Shown one piece after another: positions 1 through 12,947 of a DNA stretch of 64,000 nucleotides; position 1 is the stretch's first letter; each line of letters opens with the position of its first letter. The stretch comes from Malacoraja senta (lineage: Eukaryota). The position numbers and the translations under genes were made by a program. The stretch lies in NCBI GenBank assembly GCA_038087875.1, contig CM075988.1, positions 1,302,001-1,366,000 on the forward strand, in the 5' to 3' direction. Below the pieces are notes generated by a model. The model was not told where the DNA came from, made no database searches, and was given only the letters and a program-made list of their open reading frames with translations.

Positions 1-778
1 AGATAAACATAAGAGTGATATTAATACATAGGGATCAGGATTACATTAACAACAAATGTAACCTAAATATAAATCCAGTGTCAAAATACATATTGGGTAC
101 AGACCTCCCAGTCTCTATGTCAATATAGATAAACGGTTAAAAGAGATCTTGTATATATTTAAAAAAAGATAAAAAGACAAAAAAAGAGAAAAACAAAACC
201 CTCTAAACTAAAGTAAGCAAACTAAAACAAAACAGAATCTGAAATCAGTTCCACCGTATAAAGGTACAAAATTATTATAACGGCTGGAGAGGGAACAATT
301 TATATCATGTGAGAATATTGAATAAAGCTTCCCCAAGTCCTATCAAATTTAACCGAGAGTTCCACAATGTCACTCCTAAGTTTTTCTAAATTTAAACATG
401 ATATTGTTTCAGAGTGCCAATGGAGTGTGGTAGGAGGATTAGAGTCTCTCCATTTAAATAAAATAGACCTTCTGGCAATTAATGTAGTAAATGCAATCAA
501 CCGACAGGCTGAACGGGACAGATGAGTAGAATCTAACATTGGTAGCCTAAAAATTGTAGTAATAGGATGAGGTTGTAAATCAATACCTAAAACTACAGAA
601 ATAGTATCAAAAATGTATTTCCAATATTTTTCCAAAAGTGGGCAAGACCAAAACATATGAGTCAGCGAAGCCACTTCAGAATTACATCTGTCACAAGTAG
701 GATTTATATGACCATAAAAACGAGCTAACTTATCTTTTGACATATGTGCTCTGTAAACCACCTTGGTATCTGAGCGTC

Positions 779-1037
779 AGAACGGAGACGAGGACCCACT
801 TTTTCTCACAGAGAGTGGTGAATCTGTGGAGTTCTCTGCCTCAGAGGGTGGTAGAGGCAGGTTTTCTGGATGCTTTCAAGAGAGAGTTAGATAGGGCTCC
901 TAAAAATAGCGGAGTCAGGGGATATGGGGAGAAGGCAGGTACTGATTGGGGATGATCAGCCATGATCACATTGAATGGCGGTGCTAGCTTGAAGGGCCGA
1001 ATGGCCTACTCCTGCACCTATTGTCTATTGTCTATTG
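779..1037 (+). mobile_element. CR1 LINE 3' fragment inserted in L1 ORF2
   Basis: FFSQRVVNLWSSLP motif, CR1 3' UTR and a (CTATTGT)n tail. It interrupts L1 between SSMCA and KVVYRAH. Confidence 0.88.
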
Positions 1038-3540
1038 CACACATTGAAGAGGTATTGACTAATTGAAGAATCCTCTCCCATCTCTCTATAGGTAAAGAAA
1101 TTTGAAGTGCTCTTTCCCAATCATTCTTAATTTTATCAGATGAACCTACTTGTAATTTCATAATCAACTCATAAATAGCCGTCATTAAACCTTTCTGATA
1201 AGGGTTCAAATGTAATTTTTTTTCCGTGATTTCGGTTTGATGTGATAACGGAAAAGAGGGTAGAGTAGCCTTCAAAAAATGTCTAATTTGTAAATATCTA
1301 AAAAAATGTGAATTAGGTAGATTATATTTATTGGATAGTTGTTCAAAGGACATAAAACAACTGTCTAAAAACAAATCACGAAAAAATACTAATCCCTTCC
1401 TCTTCCATTGCAGAAAGGCTTGATCAGTACTAGAGGGTTGAAAGAAAAAATTAGATATGATAGGACTCAATAAGATAAAATCATTCAATCCAAAAAACAT
1501 ACGAAATTGAAACCATATTCGCAATGTGTGTCTTATTATTGGGTTAATCTTATATTTATTCAATCTTGCAATTGTAAATGGTAATGAGTCCCCTAGGATA
1601 GAAGCCAATGATAACCCTTGCATAGAATCACATTCACGATTTATCTATCCTGGACAATGGGTATCTTCTAAATCTTTTGTCCAAAACTATAATAACGAGC
1701 ATTAACTGCCCAATAATATAATCTAAGGTTTGCAATGCCAAACCACCATCTTTTTTAAAATTTCTGTAAGTATTTTTTACTTGGTCTGGGATTTTTATTC
1801 TGCCATATATATGAAGAAATTTTTGAATCCATAATAACAAAAAAAAGATTTAGAAATAAAAATAGGTATAATCTGAAATAAGTATAAAAATGTAGGTAGA
1901 ATAAACATTTTAATTGCACTGATTCGGCCGATTAGGGATAAGGACATTGGTGACCATTTAGTAAACTGTTGTCTGACATGGTCAATTAAGGGCTTAAAAT
2001 TGGCTTTAAATAGGTCCTTGTGTTTCTTGGTAATCTTAATACCTAAATAAGTAAAACAGTCAGTAGTCAATCTAAATGGAAACTGTCCATAATTCGAAAT
2101 GTGATTGTTTAGTGGAAAAAGCTCACTCTTACTACGATTTAATTTATAACCAGAAAAACTACTAAGTTGGTTAAGTAAAGCTATTATTGCAGGAATAGAT
2201 TTCTCTGGATTAGAAATATATAATAACAGATCACCTGCAAAGAGAGATAGCTTATATGTCTTATTCCCACGGACAATACCAAAAATATTGGGGGATTCCC
2301 TAAGAGTAGTGGCCAAAGGTTCCAAAGCAATATCAAACAATAAAGGGCTTAAAGGACAGCCCTGTCTAGTACCTCGAAAGAGCCTAAAGAAAGGGGATCT
2401 CTGATTATTGGTAAGTACAGAAGCGTGAGGTATATGATATATCAGCTTGATCCAAGAGATACATTTTGGGACAATCTTAAATTTTTCAAGTGTATTGATT
2501 AAGCATTCTACTCTGTCAAATGCCTTCTCAGCATCAAGTGAGATGACACATTCTGGAATTTTATTGGAGGCAGTATATACAATATTCATTAATCTCCTAA
2601 CGTTAAAGTATGAATAACGATTTTTAATAAAACCTGTCTGATCTTCAAAAATAATTTGCGGTAAAATGTTTTCCAATCTCATAGCTAATATATTTGAAAG
2701 AATTTTAGAATCTACATTTAACAATGATATAGGTCTATATGATGCCACTTCAGTAGGGTCTTTATATTTTTTAAGAATTAAAGAGATAGATGCTTCATAA
2801 AAGGATTGTGGTAATTTATTCATTAAAAGGACTTCTTTAAAAACTTTGCATAGCCAGGGGGACAGTAAACTTGAAAAATACTTAAAGAATTCCACTGTAT
2901 ACCCATCTAAGCCAGGAGCTTTACCAGAGTTCATCGAAAGGATTGCTTTCTGTATTTCTTCCTCCGTGATGGGTTCAACTAACAACAAAGACTCATTATG
3001 TGATAAATTTGGCTAATTCAATTTCTTTAAAAACTCATGTATTATATTGGAATCAGTAGGAAATTCTGATTGATATAGCAAGGTATAAAATTCTTGAAAG
3101 GATTTATTAATTTCATCATGATCTACTGTCAAAGTACCATCTCGTTTACTAACGTTAATAACCTGACATTTGGCTGAAACAGCTTTCAACTGATTGGCAA
3201 GTAATTTGCCAGATTTATCACCATGTATATAAAATTGACTTTTGGTTTTAAGTAGTTGATTCTCAATCAGTGATACTAATAACAAATCATGTCTCATTTG
3301 AAGTTCAACTCTATTCTTATAAAGCTCTGAACTAGGAGCTTTTGAATATTATTTATCAATTTCTTTAATCTCATCAGCCAATATACGTATTTCATTTTTT
3401 ATTTGTTTTTTTTAATCCCACAGAGTATGAAATAATTTGTCCACGAATATATGCCTTAAAAGCACCCTAGACTACCCCATTGGATATTTCTTCAGTAGAG
3501 TTTGTTGAAAAGAAAAAAGCAATCTGTTCTTTAATAAAAT

Positions 3541-3666
3541 TATCTTAAAAATCTTAAAAGTTTAAGTATGATACCATCATATTAATATTCCCCAAAATAA
3601 CAATATCTTAGAAAACTTAAAAGTTAAGGTATGATACCATCATGTTAATGTTCCAAAAAATAATAA
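3541..3666. repeat. Imperfect tandem duplication, about 63-bp unit x2, in the L1 inter-ORF spacer
   Basis: tatcttaaaaatcttaaaagtttaagtatgataccatcat... at 3541 recurs as tatcttagaaaacttaaaagttaaggtatgataccatcat... at 3604. Confidence 0.85.
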
Positions 3667-4253
3667 AAAATAACTCATCAGGTTAAATTTTTAATCATTT
3701 ACAAAATCAAACAATTAAAAAAAAAGGGGGAACTATAATAGTAAGAGAAAGAAGAAACTAAAATATAAAATCGTAATAAACATCCAAGAAAGAAAAAGCA
3801 TTATGTTGTCAAATTAGAAATAAGAGATCTCGGATTACAACTCAACCGGCTCTCAGCAGCTCCTCGTCGCAGCTCGGGGGGGAGGGGGGGACAGCGATGC
3901 TGGGAGCAATGTATAAACTAATCAATAAACTATAGGTTCAGGAGGTACCGGCAGAGAAAACAATATCAAGTTTATGCAGGATCTTGATAAACCTCCAGAA
4001 AGCAGGAAGCATCTTGCGGGTTGTTGAATGGTTCCATCAGGGAGTTGTATTCGCAATCTGGCTGGATAGATCAGTGCAGGGCGTAGATGCTTCTTAAATA
4101 ACTCAAACATTACCTTATAGAAAGGCAGTCTTAGTCTCATAAGTTCACGGCTGTAGTCAGGTAAAATACGAAACTTGCAGTCTTGGAATTCGATCATTCA
4201 ATCTTCTTGCTGATCGGAGGATATTTTCCTTCATCTGCAAAAAGTGGAACCGA

Positions 4254-7200
4254 ACAACTGCAGTAGAACCTCCCTGCTCTTATACTCAAATCGTTTTGCT
4301 ATGAATGCTAACATACCATTCGCTTTCTTCACTGCCTGCTGCACCTGCATTCCTACTTTCAATGACTGGTGTACCATGACACCCAGGTCTCGTTGCATCT
4401 CCCCTTTTCCCAATCGGCCACCATTCAGATAATAGTCTACTTTCCTGTTTTTGCCACCAAAGTGGATAACCTCACATTTATCTACATTATACTGCATCTG
4501 CCATGCCTTTGCCCACTCACCCAACCTATCCAAGTCACCCTGCAGCCTCCTAGCATCCTCCTCACAGCTAACACTGCCCCCCAGCTTCGTGTCATCCGCA
4601 AACTTGGAGATGTTGCATTCAATTCCCTCATCCAGATCATTAATTTATATTGTAAATAGCTGGGGTCCCAGCACTGAACCTTGCGGTACCCCACTAGTCA
4701 CTGCCTGCCATTCTGAAAAGGACCCGTTTACTCCTACTCTTTGCTTCCTGCCTGCCAGCCAGTTCTCAATCCACATCAATACTGAACCCCCAATACCATG
4801 TGCTTTAAGTTTGCATACTAATCTCTTATGTGGGACCTTGTCGAAAGCCTTCTGAAAGTCCAGATATAACACATCCATTGGTTCTCCCTTATCCACTCTA
4901 CTAGTTACATCCTCTGTTTGGGGTTTGGGTTTTTTTGACTTTTAATGTGGGGGGGTAAGGGGGAAACTACTTCTAGGTCCCTACCTGGTCGGTGAGGCAG
5001 CTTTTTCTCCAGGCTGCCTCGTCGACCCGTCCTCGTGGCCTACCAGCGGGCATGGAGCGCCGTTTCCTGACGGGGACCGCCCAGCACCTTCAGCTTCGGT
5101 GGCGGCACAGCGCTGGAGCGCTATCGTGGAGCGTAGCGGGCGATGCCTTGCCTGGGTCGCCGCGCTGGAACGACTCGTTGGAGCTCCGGTGAGCTGGACC
5201 GCCGACACCAACACCTCCGGGCTGCGGGACTGCGGAGCGACCAGCTGCGGGCGGAGGCGCCGACTCCAACATCGGGAGCCTCGTGGCTCCAAATCGGCGC
5301 GGCCCTGTCGACTTCAGGTGCCATCGACTCCGTCGGGAAACCGGCCGTTCCAGCCGCTCCGAGGACTCTCCCGACGGCCAGGAACATCGGGCCTCCGTAG
5401 AGGCAACTGTGGAGGCCTCATTGGGCCTGACTCTGGGGAGAACTAGGTTGGGGACTGGACATTGTGCCTTCCCCCACAGTGGTGGTCATTGTGGGGGGAT
5501 GATTTTGTGTGCTGTGCCTGTGCCTGTGCCTGTCAGTCCGTGTACAAGATGGCGCTCGGAGGGGAGAGTGGACGCTGGCGCGAATTGGTCGCCGCTGCTC
5601 TCTTCTCAAACTTGTGTTTCTTATTTTCTTTTGGTGCTTTTGAAATTGAATTCTGTCCTTGATTTGTGTACTGTGGTGTTTTTATATTTAATTTATTCCG
5701 ATTATGTGTTTTTGTTGTGATTCTATGCATTGTAAGGTGTCCTTGGGTTTTAGAAAGGCGCCAGTAAATAAAATGATTATTATTATTATTATTATCCTCG
5801 AAAAATTCTATAAAATTCGTCAGACATGATTTACCTTTCATAAATCCATGCTGACTTTGTCCAATGATTTCACCATTTTCCAAATGTGCTGCTATCCCAT
5901 CTTTAATAACTGACTAGCAGTTTCCCTACTACCGATGTTTGACTAACTGGTCTGTAATTCCCCGTTTTCTCTCTCCCTCCCTTTTTAAAAAGTGGGGTTA
6001 CATTAGCTACCCTCCAATCCTCAGGAATCACTCCAGAATCTAAAGAGTTTTGAACAATTATCACTAATGCATCCACTATTTCTGGGGCTACTTCCTTAAG
6101 TACTCTGGGATGCAGCCTATCTGGCCCTGGGGATTTATCGGCCTTTAATCCATTCAATTTACCTAACACCACTTCCCGGCTAACCTGGATTTCACTCAGT
6201 TCCTCCATCTCATTTGACCCCCGGTCCCCTGCTACTTCCGGCAGATTAATTAAGTCTTCCTTAGTGAAGACAGAAACAAAGTAGTTATTCAATTGGTCTG
6301 CCATGTCCTTGTTCCCCATGATCAATTCACCTGTTTCTGACCGCAAGGGACCTACATTTGTTTTAACTAATCTTTTTCTCTTCACATATCTATAAAAACG
6401 TTTGCAGTCAATTTTTATGTTCCCTGCCAGTTTTCTTTCATAATCTATTTTCCCTTTCCTAATTAAACCCTTTGTCCTCCTCTGCTGGACTCTGAATTTC
6501 TCCCAGTCCTCTGGTAGGCTGCTTTTTCTGGCTAATTTGTATGCTTCATCTTTTGTTTTGATACTATCCCTGATTTCCCTTGTTATCCACGGATGCATTA
6601 CCTTCCCTGATTTATTCTTTTGCCAAACTGGGATGAACACTTGTTGTAGTTCATCCATGCAGCCTTTAAATGCCTTCCATTGCATATCCACCGTCAACCC
6701 TTTAAGAATCAATTGTCAGTCTATCTTGGCCAATTCACGTCTCATACCCTCAAAGTTACCTTTCTTTAAGTTCTGAACCTTTGTTTCTGAATTAATTATG
6801 TCACTCTCCATCCTAATGAAGAACTCAACCATATTATGGTCACTCTTGCCCAAGGGGCCACGCACAACAAGACTGCTAATTAACCCTTCCTCATTACTCA
6901 ATACCCAGTCTAGAATAGCCTGCTCTCTCATTGGTTCCTCTACATGTTGATTTAGAAAACTATCCCGCATACATTCCAAGAAATCCTCTTCCTCAGCACC
7001 CCTGCCAATTTGATTCACCCAATCTATATGTAGATTGAAGTCACCCATTATAACTGTTTTACCTTTGTTGCACGCATTTCTAATTTCCTGTTTGATGCCC
7101 TCCCCAACTCCACTACTACTGTTAGGTGGCCTGTACACAACACCTGCTAGCGTTTTCTGCCCCTTAGTGTTTCGCAGCTCTACCCATATCGATTCCACAT

Positions 7201-7750
7201 CCTCCAAGCTAATGTCCTTCCTTTCTATTGCGTTAATCTCCTCTCTAACCAGCAACGCTACCCCACCTCCTTTTCCTTTCTGTCTATCCCACCTGAATAT
7301 TGAATATCCCTGGATGTTCAGCTCCCAGCGTTGGTCACCCTGGAGCCATGTCTCCGTGATCCCAACTATATCATAGTCATTAATAGCTATGTGCATATTC
7401 AAATCATCCCCCTTATTACGAATGCTCCTTGCATTGAGACACAAAGCCTTCAGGCTTGTTTTTACAACACTCTTACCCCTTATACAATTATGTTGAAAAA
7501 TGGCCCTTTTTGATTTTTGCCCTGGATTTGTCTGCCTACCACTTTTACTTTTCACCTTGCTACCTATTGCTTCTACCCTCATTTTACCCCCCTCTGTCTC
7601 TCTGCTCACACATTTAAGAACCCCACCACCTCTTATTCTGTTTATTATCTTTTTCTTCTTCCCACCCTACATGTTGGGTCTGAGTGCTTCCCTTCTCTGC
7701 CTCCTGCCTCACCCACTGTCTACTAGCTTTCTCTATTTGAGTCCCTCCCC
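4254..7750 (-). mobile_element. CR1 LINE, ORF2 (APE endonuclease and RT), interrupted and degenerate
   Basis: EN motifs LNARS, VGITETW, MGDFN and SDHN (6716-7609). RT motifs KSPGPD, YRPVS, QHGF, LDFQKAFDKVPH, GVPQGSVLGP and KFADD. Confidence 0.95.
4915..5793 (+). mobile_element. Non-autonomous GC-rich retroposon with L2-like 3' tail
   Basis: Flanked by the duplication ATCCTC (4909-4914 and 5794-5799) of the host CR1 RT sequence. Ends tgtaaggtgtccttgggttttagaaaggcgccagtaaataaaatg(att)n. Confidence 0.75.
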
Positions 7751-7863
7751 TAGAGTGCGTGAGGCTGCAGCCACTGTTTGAGTCCCTCCCCTAGAGTGCG
7801 TGAGGCTGCAGCCACTGTTTGAGTCCCTCCCCTAGAGTGCGTGAGGCTGCAGCCACTGTTTGA
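7739..7863. repeat. 41-bp tandem repeat x3 at the CR1/Tx1 junction
   Basis: gagtccctcccctagagtgcgtgaggctgcagccactgttt starts at 7739, 7780 and 7821. Confidence 0.97.
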
Positions 7864-8302
7864 ATACATAAAGGGGCTGCTCCTTGCCTTCTGGCTGCAT
7901 ATTTCACCCACCATCCTCATCTTTGGCAACCTGTGCGTAGGCTAGAGGAGAAGGCTGAAGATATCCTGGTTGGGTTGCTCCTGGGCTTGGCCAAGCTGGC
8001 CTTCCGCGAGTCAAGGCGCCAGGCGGTGGAGGGCTCTACCTGAGCCGGCTGCCTGCCCCTTTTCCGGGGTTACGTCCGTGCCCGGGTGGGGCTAGAAAGG
8101 GAATACGCCCTGTCCTCGGGAACCCTGAGGGAGTTCCGGGACCGCTGGGCTCCGCAGGGTGTTTAATATATCCTTGACAAGGAGTTGTATAGTAGTTTAT
8201 TAAGGATATTTGTTTGCATTGTATTATTGTGGTGGGTTCTGGTTTATTGTAGTGTAAATATTATTTTTAAATAATTGAATACATTTTTTAATTTAAAAAA
8301 AG
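7751..8302 (+). mobile_element. Tx1-clade LINE 3' end (copy 1)
   Basis: Translates as ECVRLQPLFEYIKGLLLAFWLHISPTILIFG...LLLGLAKLA...FRGYVRARVGLEREYA...FRDRWAPQG, followed by a T-rich 3' UTR and A tail. Confidence 0.8.
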
Positions 8303-8314
8303 AAGCTGGTTACG

Positions 8315-9084
8315 TGATTGTTCTGGACTCTTGGTGGGTCCTTGGCAGGTGGAATCCCTCCCGGAGGAGATGAGGCCTTTCACGTGGGGTACCACGTACC
8401 TCCTCTACTTGGGAGTCTACCTGAGTCCAGTTGCGGAGACCTGGCTGGCGAACTGGCAGGAGATGGAGATGAATGTCGTCACCCAGCTGGGGAGCTGGGC
8501 GGGTCTCCTCAGAGTGCTTTCCTACCGGGGCAGGGTGTTGGTCATTAACCAACTTGTGGCCTCCATGCTCTGGTACAGATTAGCCACATTTGTCCCATCA
8601 GCCACCTTTGCTGGGATCATCCAGAAGAAGTTGGTGGACTTCTTCTGGGGCAACGGAAAGCACTGGGTCTCTGCAGCGGTCCTGAGTCTCCCGATTGAGG
8701 AGGGCGGTCAGTCGCTGGTGTGCATTCACACCAAGTTGGCGGCTCTCCGCCTCAGGACCTTGCAGAGATACCTGTACTCATGGCATCCTCCCAGGTGGCA
8801 CGTGCTGGCGACGCACTTTTTCCAACGGGGCCACTGCCTTCAAGGAGGTACGCGGAACCCGATGGTGGGCGTCAGCCGTACGGTCCTGATGGGGATGCCC
8901 GGCTTCTACAGGGACTTGTTGAGAGTCTGGAACCTGGTTGCCGTCGACCGGGCCCCCCCTCCGCCGGCAGAGGGCGACGGCCCGGGCGTGTTTGTATTGT
9001 ATTATGGTGGTGGGTTCTGGTTTGTTTTATTGTATTATAAATATTATTTTTTAATAATTGAATACATTTTTTGATTTAAAAAAA
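8315..9084 (+). mobile_element. Tx1-clade LINE, 5'-truncated and internally deleted (copy 2)
   Basis: YLGVYL...LSYRGRVLVINQLVASMLWY...LPIEEGGQSL. The sequence then jumps to the same 3' UTR and A tail as copy 1. Flanked by aagctggttacg at 8303-8314 and 9085-9096. Confidence 0.85.
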
Positions 9085-9515
9085 AAGCTGGTTACGCGAG
9101 GAGGTGTGGTGATTAGGAGCTCCCATCCAGACACAAGAACTAGTGTGTTTTATCATCTTTATGGAACTCGGAGGAGATACAGCGTTACTTTAAACATCTG
9201 TGTGTATCGCTGCGATGCTGCAGAGACTTGTTTTAAAGTTTTCTGCTTGTTTTGGGACTGCGAGCAGTCTTATCAATTGAGGTCTAATGTGGCCATACAC
9301 ACAGGGAGCGCTGTTCACCCTCGGTGGTTTCAACAGTTTTTACTTGCACAACCTGACGCACAGTGTTATTGTGCAGTCATGTCACAGCCATTCTTCATGG
9401 GTGTGTCTGTAGGATAAACAGCAATGGTGACGCATTGGGGTTTCTCCCAAATGTCTTGCCAGGTGGTCTTGCCCCATAGAGGCTTCCCTGCAATGTTCCA
9501 GTCATTCTCCTTCCA

Positions 9516-10290
9516 TAGAGTCATAGAGTGATAGTGTGGAAACAGGCCCTTCGGGCCAACTTGCCCACACCGGCCAACAATGTCCCAGCTACATTGGTCC
9601 CACCTGCCCACATTTGGTCCATATCCCTCCAAACCTATCCTATCCATGTACCTGTCTGACTGTTTCTTAAATGTTGGGATAGTCCCTGCCCCAACTACTT
9701 CCTCTGGTAGCTTGTTCCACACATCCACCAACCTTTGTGCGAAAAACCTACCCCTCAGATTCCTATTAAATCTGCTCCCCTTCATTTTAAACCTATGTCC
9801 TCTGGTTCCTAATTCACCTACTCTGGGCAAGAGACTCTGTGCATCTACCCGATCTATTCCTCTCATGATCTTATACATCTCTATAAGATCACCCCTCATC
9901 CTCCTGCACCCCAAGGAATAGAGTCCCAGCCTACTCAACGTCTGTCTACAGCTTAGACCCTTTAGTCCTGGCAACATCTTCGTGAATCTTCTCTGTACAA
10001 TTTCCCGCTTGACAATATCTTTCCTCTAACATGGTGCCCAGAACTGAACACAATATTTTAAATATGGTCTCACCAACGTCTTATACAACTGCAACATGAC
10101 CTCCCAACTTCTATACAATATTCTGATGAAGACCAAAGTGCCAAAAGCCTTTTTGACCACCTGATCTACCTGCGACTCAACCTTCAAGGAACCATGCACC
10201 TGTACTCCTAGATCCCTCTGCTCTACAACACTACCCAGACTCCTACCATTCACTGTGTAGGTCCTGCCCATGATAAGACTTCCATTTCTG
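9516..10290 (-). mobile_element. CR1 LINE 3' fragment inserted in the ERV RNase H
   Basis: LYKTLVRPYLKYCVQFW, RRMRGDLIEMYKI and FFAQRLVDVWNKLP motifs, with a (ctatgact)-type tail. Confidence 0.9.
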
Positions 10291-10649
10291 ACCACAAATT
10301 TCCACTTCAGTAACCAAACAGCCATGTCATTGGCGACAGCCCATGAGTCAGTGTAGATGTGAGCTTCAAAGCCAGACACAAAATGCTGGAGTAACTCAGC
10401 TGGTCAGACAGCATCTCTGGAGATAAAAGGATGGGTGATGTTTTGGGTCGGAACCCTTCTTCAGATTGAAAGTAGTGAAGGGGGGAGGGAACTCAAGGTA
10501 GGAAATGCCAGAACAAATCCCGTGAGCTTCCTTGTCTTTGAAAGAATCTATGTGATGATAGCAAGGTCCAGTCACAGTGGGACCTCATCCCCTGCCAGTC
10601 CCTGTCTCCACCAGCGCCCAGTAGCAGCACCACAGCTGTTGGTCAGCAG

Positions 10650-11575
10650 CAATAGACAATAGACATTCGGCCCCTCAAGCCAGCACCGCCATTTAATGTG
10701 ATCATGGCTGATCATCCACAATCAGTACCCCATTCCTGCCTTCCAACCACATCCCCTAACTTCGCTATCTTTAAGAGCTCTATCTAACTCTCTCTTGAAA
10801 GCATCCAGAGAATTGGCCTCCACTGCCTTCTGAGGAAGAGAATTCCACAAATTCACAACTCTCTGGGTGAAAAAGTTTCCCCTCATCTAGGTTCTAAATG
10901 GCCTACCGCTTATTCTTAAACTGGGCCCTGGTTCTGGACTCCCCCAACATCGGGAACATGTTCCTGCCTCTAGGGTGTCCAAACCTTTAATAATTTTATA
11001 TGTTTCAATAAGATACCCTCTCATCCTTCTAAATTCCAGCATATACAAGCCCAGCCGCTCCATTCTACCAACATATGACAGTCCCGCCATCCCGGGAATT
11101 AACCTCGTGAACTTATGCTGCACTCCCTCAATAGCAAGAATGTCCTTTCTCAAATTTGGAGACCAAAACTGCACACAATACTCCAGGTGTGGTCTCACTA
11201 GGGCCCTGTACAACTGCAGAAGGACCTCTTTGCTCCCATACTCAAGGCCAACATGCCATTAGCTTTCTTCACTGCCTGCAGTAGTTGAATGCTTACTTTC
11301 AGTAACTGATGAACAAGGACCCCCCAGATCCCGCTGTACATCCCCTTTTCCCAACTTGATACCATTCACATAATAATTTGCCTTCTTGTTTTTGCCACCG
11401 AAGTGGATAACCTCACATTCATCCACATTAAACTGCATCTGCCACGCATCTGCCCACTCACCCAACCTGTCCAAGTCACCCTGCATCCTCCTCACAGTTC
11501 ACACTGCCACCCAGCTTTGTGTAATCTGTAAATTTGTGAATGTTACTTTTAATCCCTTCATCTAAATCATGAATG
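10650..11575 (-). mobile_element. CR1 LINE 3' fragment
   Basis: QGDLDRLGEWADAWQMQFN and [18 protein letters not shown] motifs, with a (ctattgt)n tail. Confidence 0.9.
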
Positions 11576-12947
11576 TAGTGCAGTGCAAGGAGTGGGTGCG
11601 CCAGGCACCTGGTGACCAGACGCCCAGGGCACTGTCCGCCAGTTTGTCACTGCCATGATGTCCATACAGCAGCGTTTAAGTTTACTGAGGCTTGTAATTC
11701 AGCAAGGAGCCTGGCACACATAGACAGAGTGGCTGGGCCTGCGACAGGCCTCCTCTGGCAGCATCCTGCTGTTTCTAGCCACACTCAAGTAACGGCATAC
11801 AGGGGTTGTAACAGGCTTGTTAAATGTTGTATGTGATGGATGCGGAACAGTAGCGGAACAGCCCAAGTAGTGGGAGTCTCCTGCTGACTCGTGGGTGTTG
11901 GCAATATCAAGGATGCTAACCTTGACCTGGCCTGATATTACGCAGGTACAAATAAATGCTGGAGAAACTCAGCGGGTGCAGCAGCATCTATGGAGCGAAG
12001 GAAATAGGGAACGTTTCGGGCTGAAACCCTTCTTCAGTCTTTTTTTTTTTTTAAAGACCCAAAGTGCTGGAGTAACTCAGTGGGCCGGGCGGCGTTTTGG
12101 GCTGGGACCCTTATCCAGTGTCACCCTTCCCAAGTAAAGGCAAACTGATCTTGAGATTGTTCAGCAATTGGAATAAGGAGAATGACATTGGATGGGGAAT
12201 CACAACATACCCTGAGTCAGGGCCAGATTAAAGGTACTCGAGTAAAGTAACACCACCAGGCACTGCAGCTGCTGAATGGGTGCGTGTGTATTTACCTGCC
12301 GATGGTCCCCAGTTCATCACCAGCTGTAACGGTCTCCTTGGCCAACCAGCCTGGGCTAGAAACAGCAGACTGATGACCTCTGCCTGTGGCAACCCATCCA
12401 TGGTTGCTCCATGCTCTCTGTCTCCAAGTCTAGTTCGTCCAGCTGTTTGTGTCTGCATGCATCTGAAGCCGGTATGTATGCATGGGGATCAGGACTTTAC
12501 CCACCGCCACGTCACTCTCCTATCACAAAATTAAATGATTCAATGACACTTCTTTGTCACATGTAGCTAGGTACAGTGAAATTCTATTTGATTTTATTTC
12601 AATCGGGTAGTCATACATCAAATCTCACCCAGTCAGCACACGAAGTGTCGCCACATTTCTGGCACCGACAAAGTTTGAACAGTCTTATCTTGACAGCGGC
12701 AAACCAAGCCTGTACTGCTCGCGGCCGGTGGTGGCTGCCCACTGGGTCCCTCTTAGTTCTTGGCGGCCTGTCCACCAAGTTGCTCTCTGCAACACCCACT
12801 GCTCATTCGGCTCCATGGCGTATCCCAGGAGTCTTCTGCCGCCGCTAATTTTCCTTTCTTTTCTTTTGGGAAATTAATTTTCTCAACGGTTTCTGCAGTT
12901 TATCCTCTTCTACATCTATACTCAGTGGGTTTTCATTTGCCTGTTAA

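Larger units (their letters stand above)
1..4256 (-). mobile_element. L1-clade LINE, 5'-truncated and degenerate (ORF1 C-terminus, spacer, ORF2 RT and zinc-binding domain; endonuclease domain missing)
   Basis: ORF1 C-terminal motif RILPDYS...LIYPARLRI (3922-4197). RT motifs KAPGLDG, YRPISLLNVD, SLDAEKAFDRV, RGTRQGCPLSPLLF and LFAGD (1795-2988). C-terminal CDRC...HMFWSC (300-761). Frameshifts and stops throughout. Confidence 0.92.

Noticed and set aside
4981..5883. Many overlapping ORFs, including a poly-Asn stretch
   Set aside because: GC-rich, stop-poor repeat sequence. The poly-Asn is the (ATT)n tail read on the other strand.
4244..7781. Recurrent plus-strand ORFs (MPPKWITSHLST..., MKSPIITVLP...)
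   Set aside because: These are antisense frames of CR1 ORF2, repeated wherever CR1 occurs.
7739..7863. CRISPR-like array
   Set aside because: The units are contiguous with no spacers, derive from LINE sequence and lie in vertebrate DNA.
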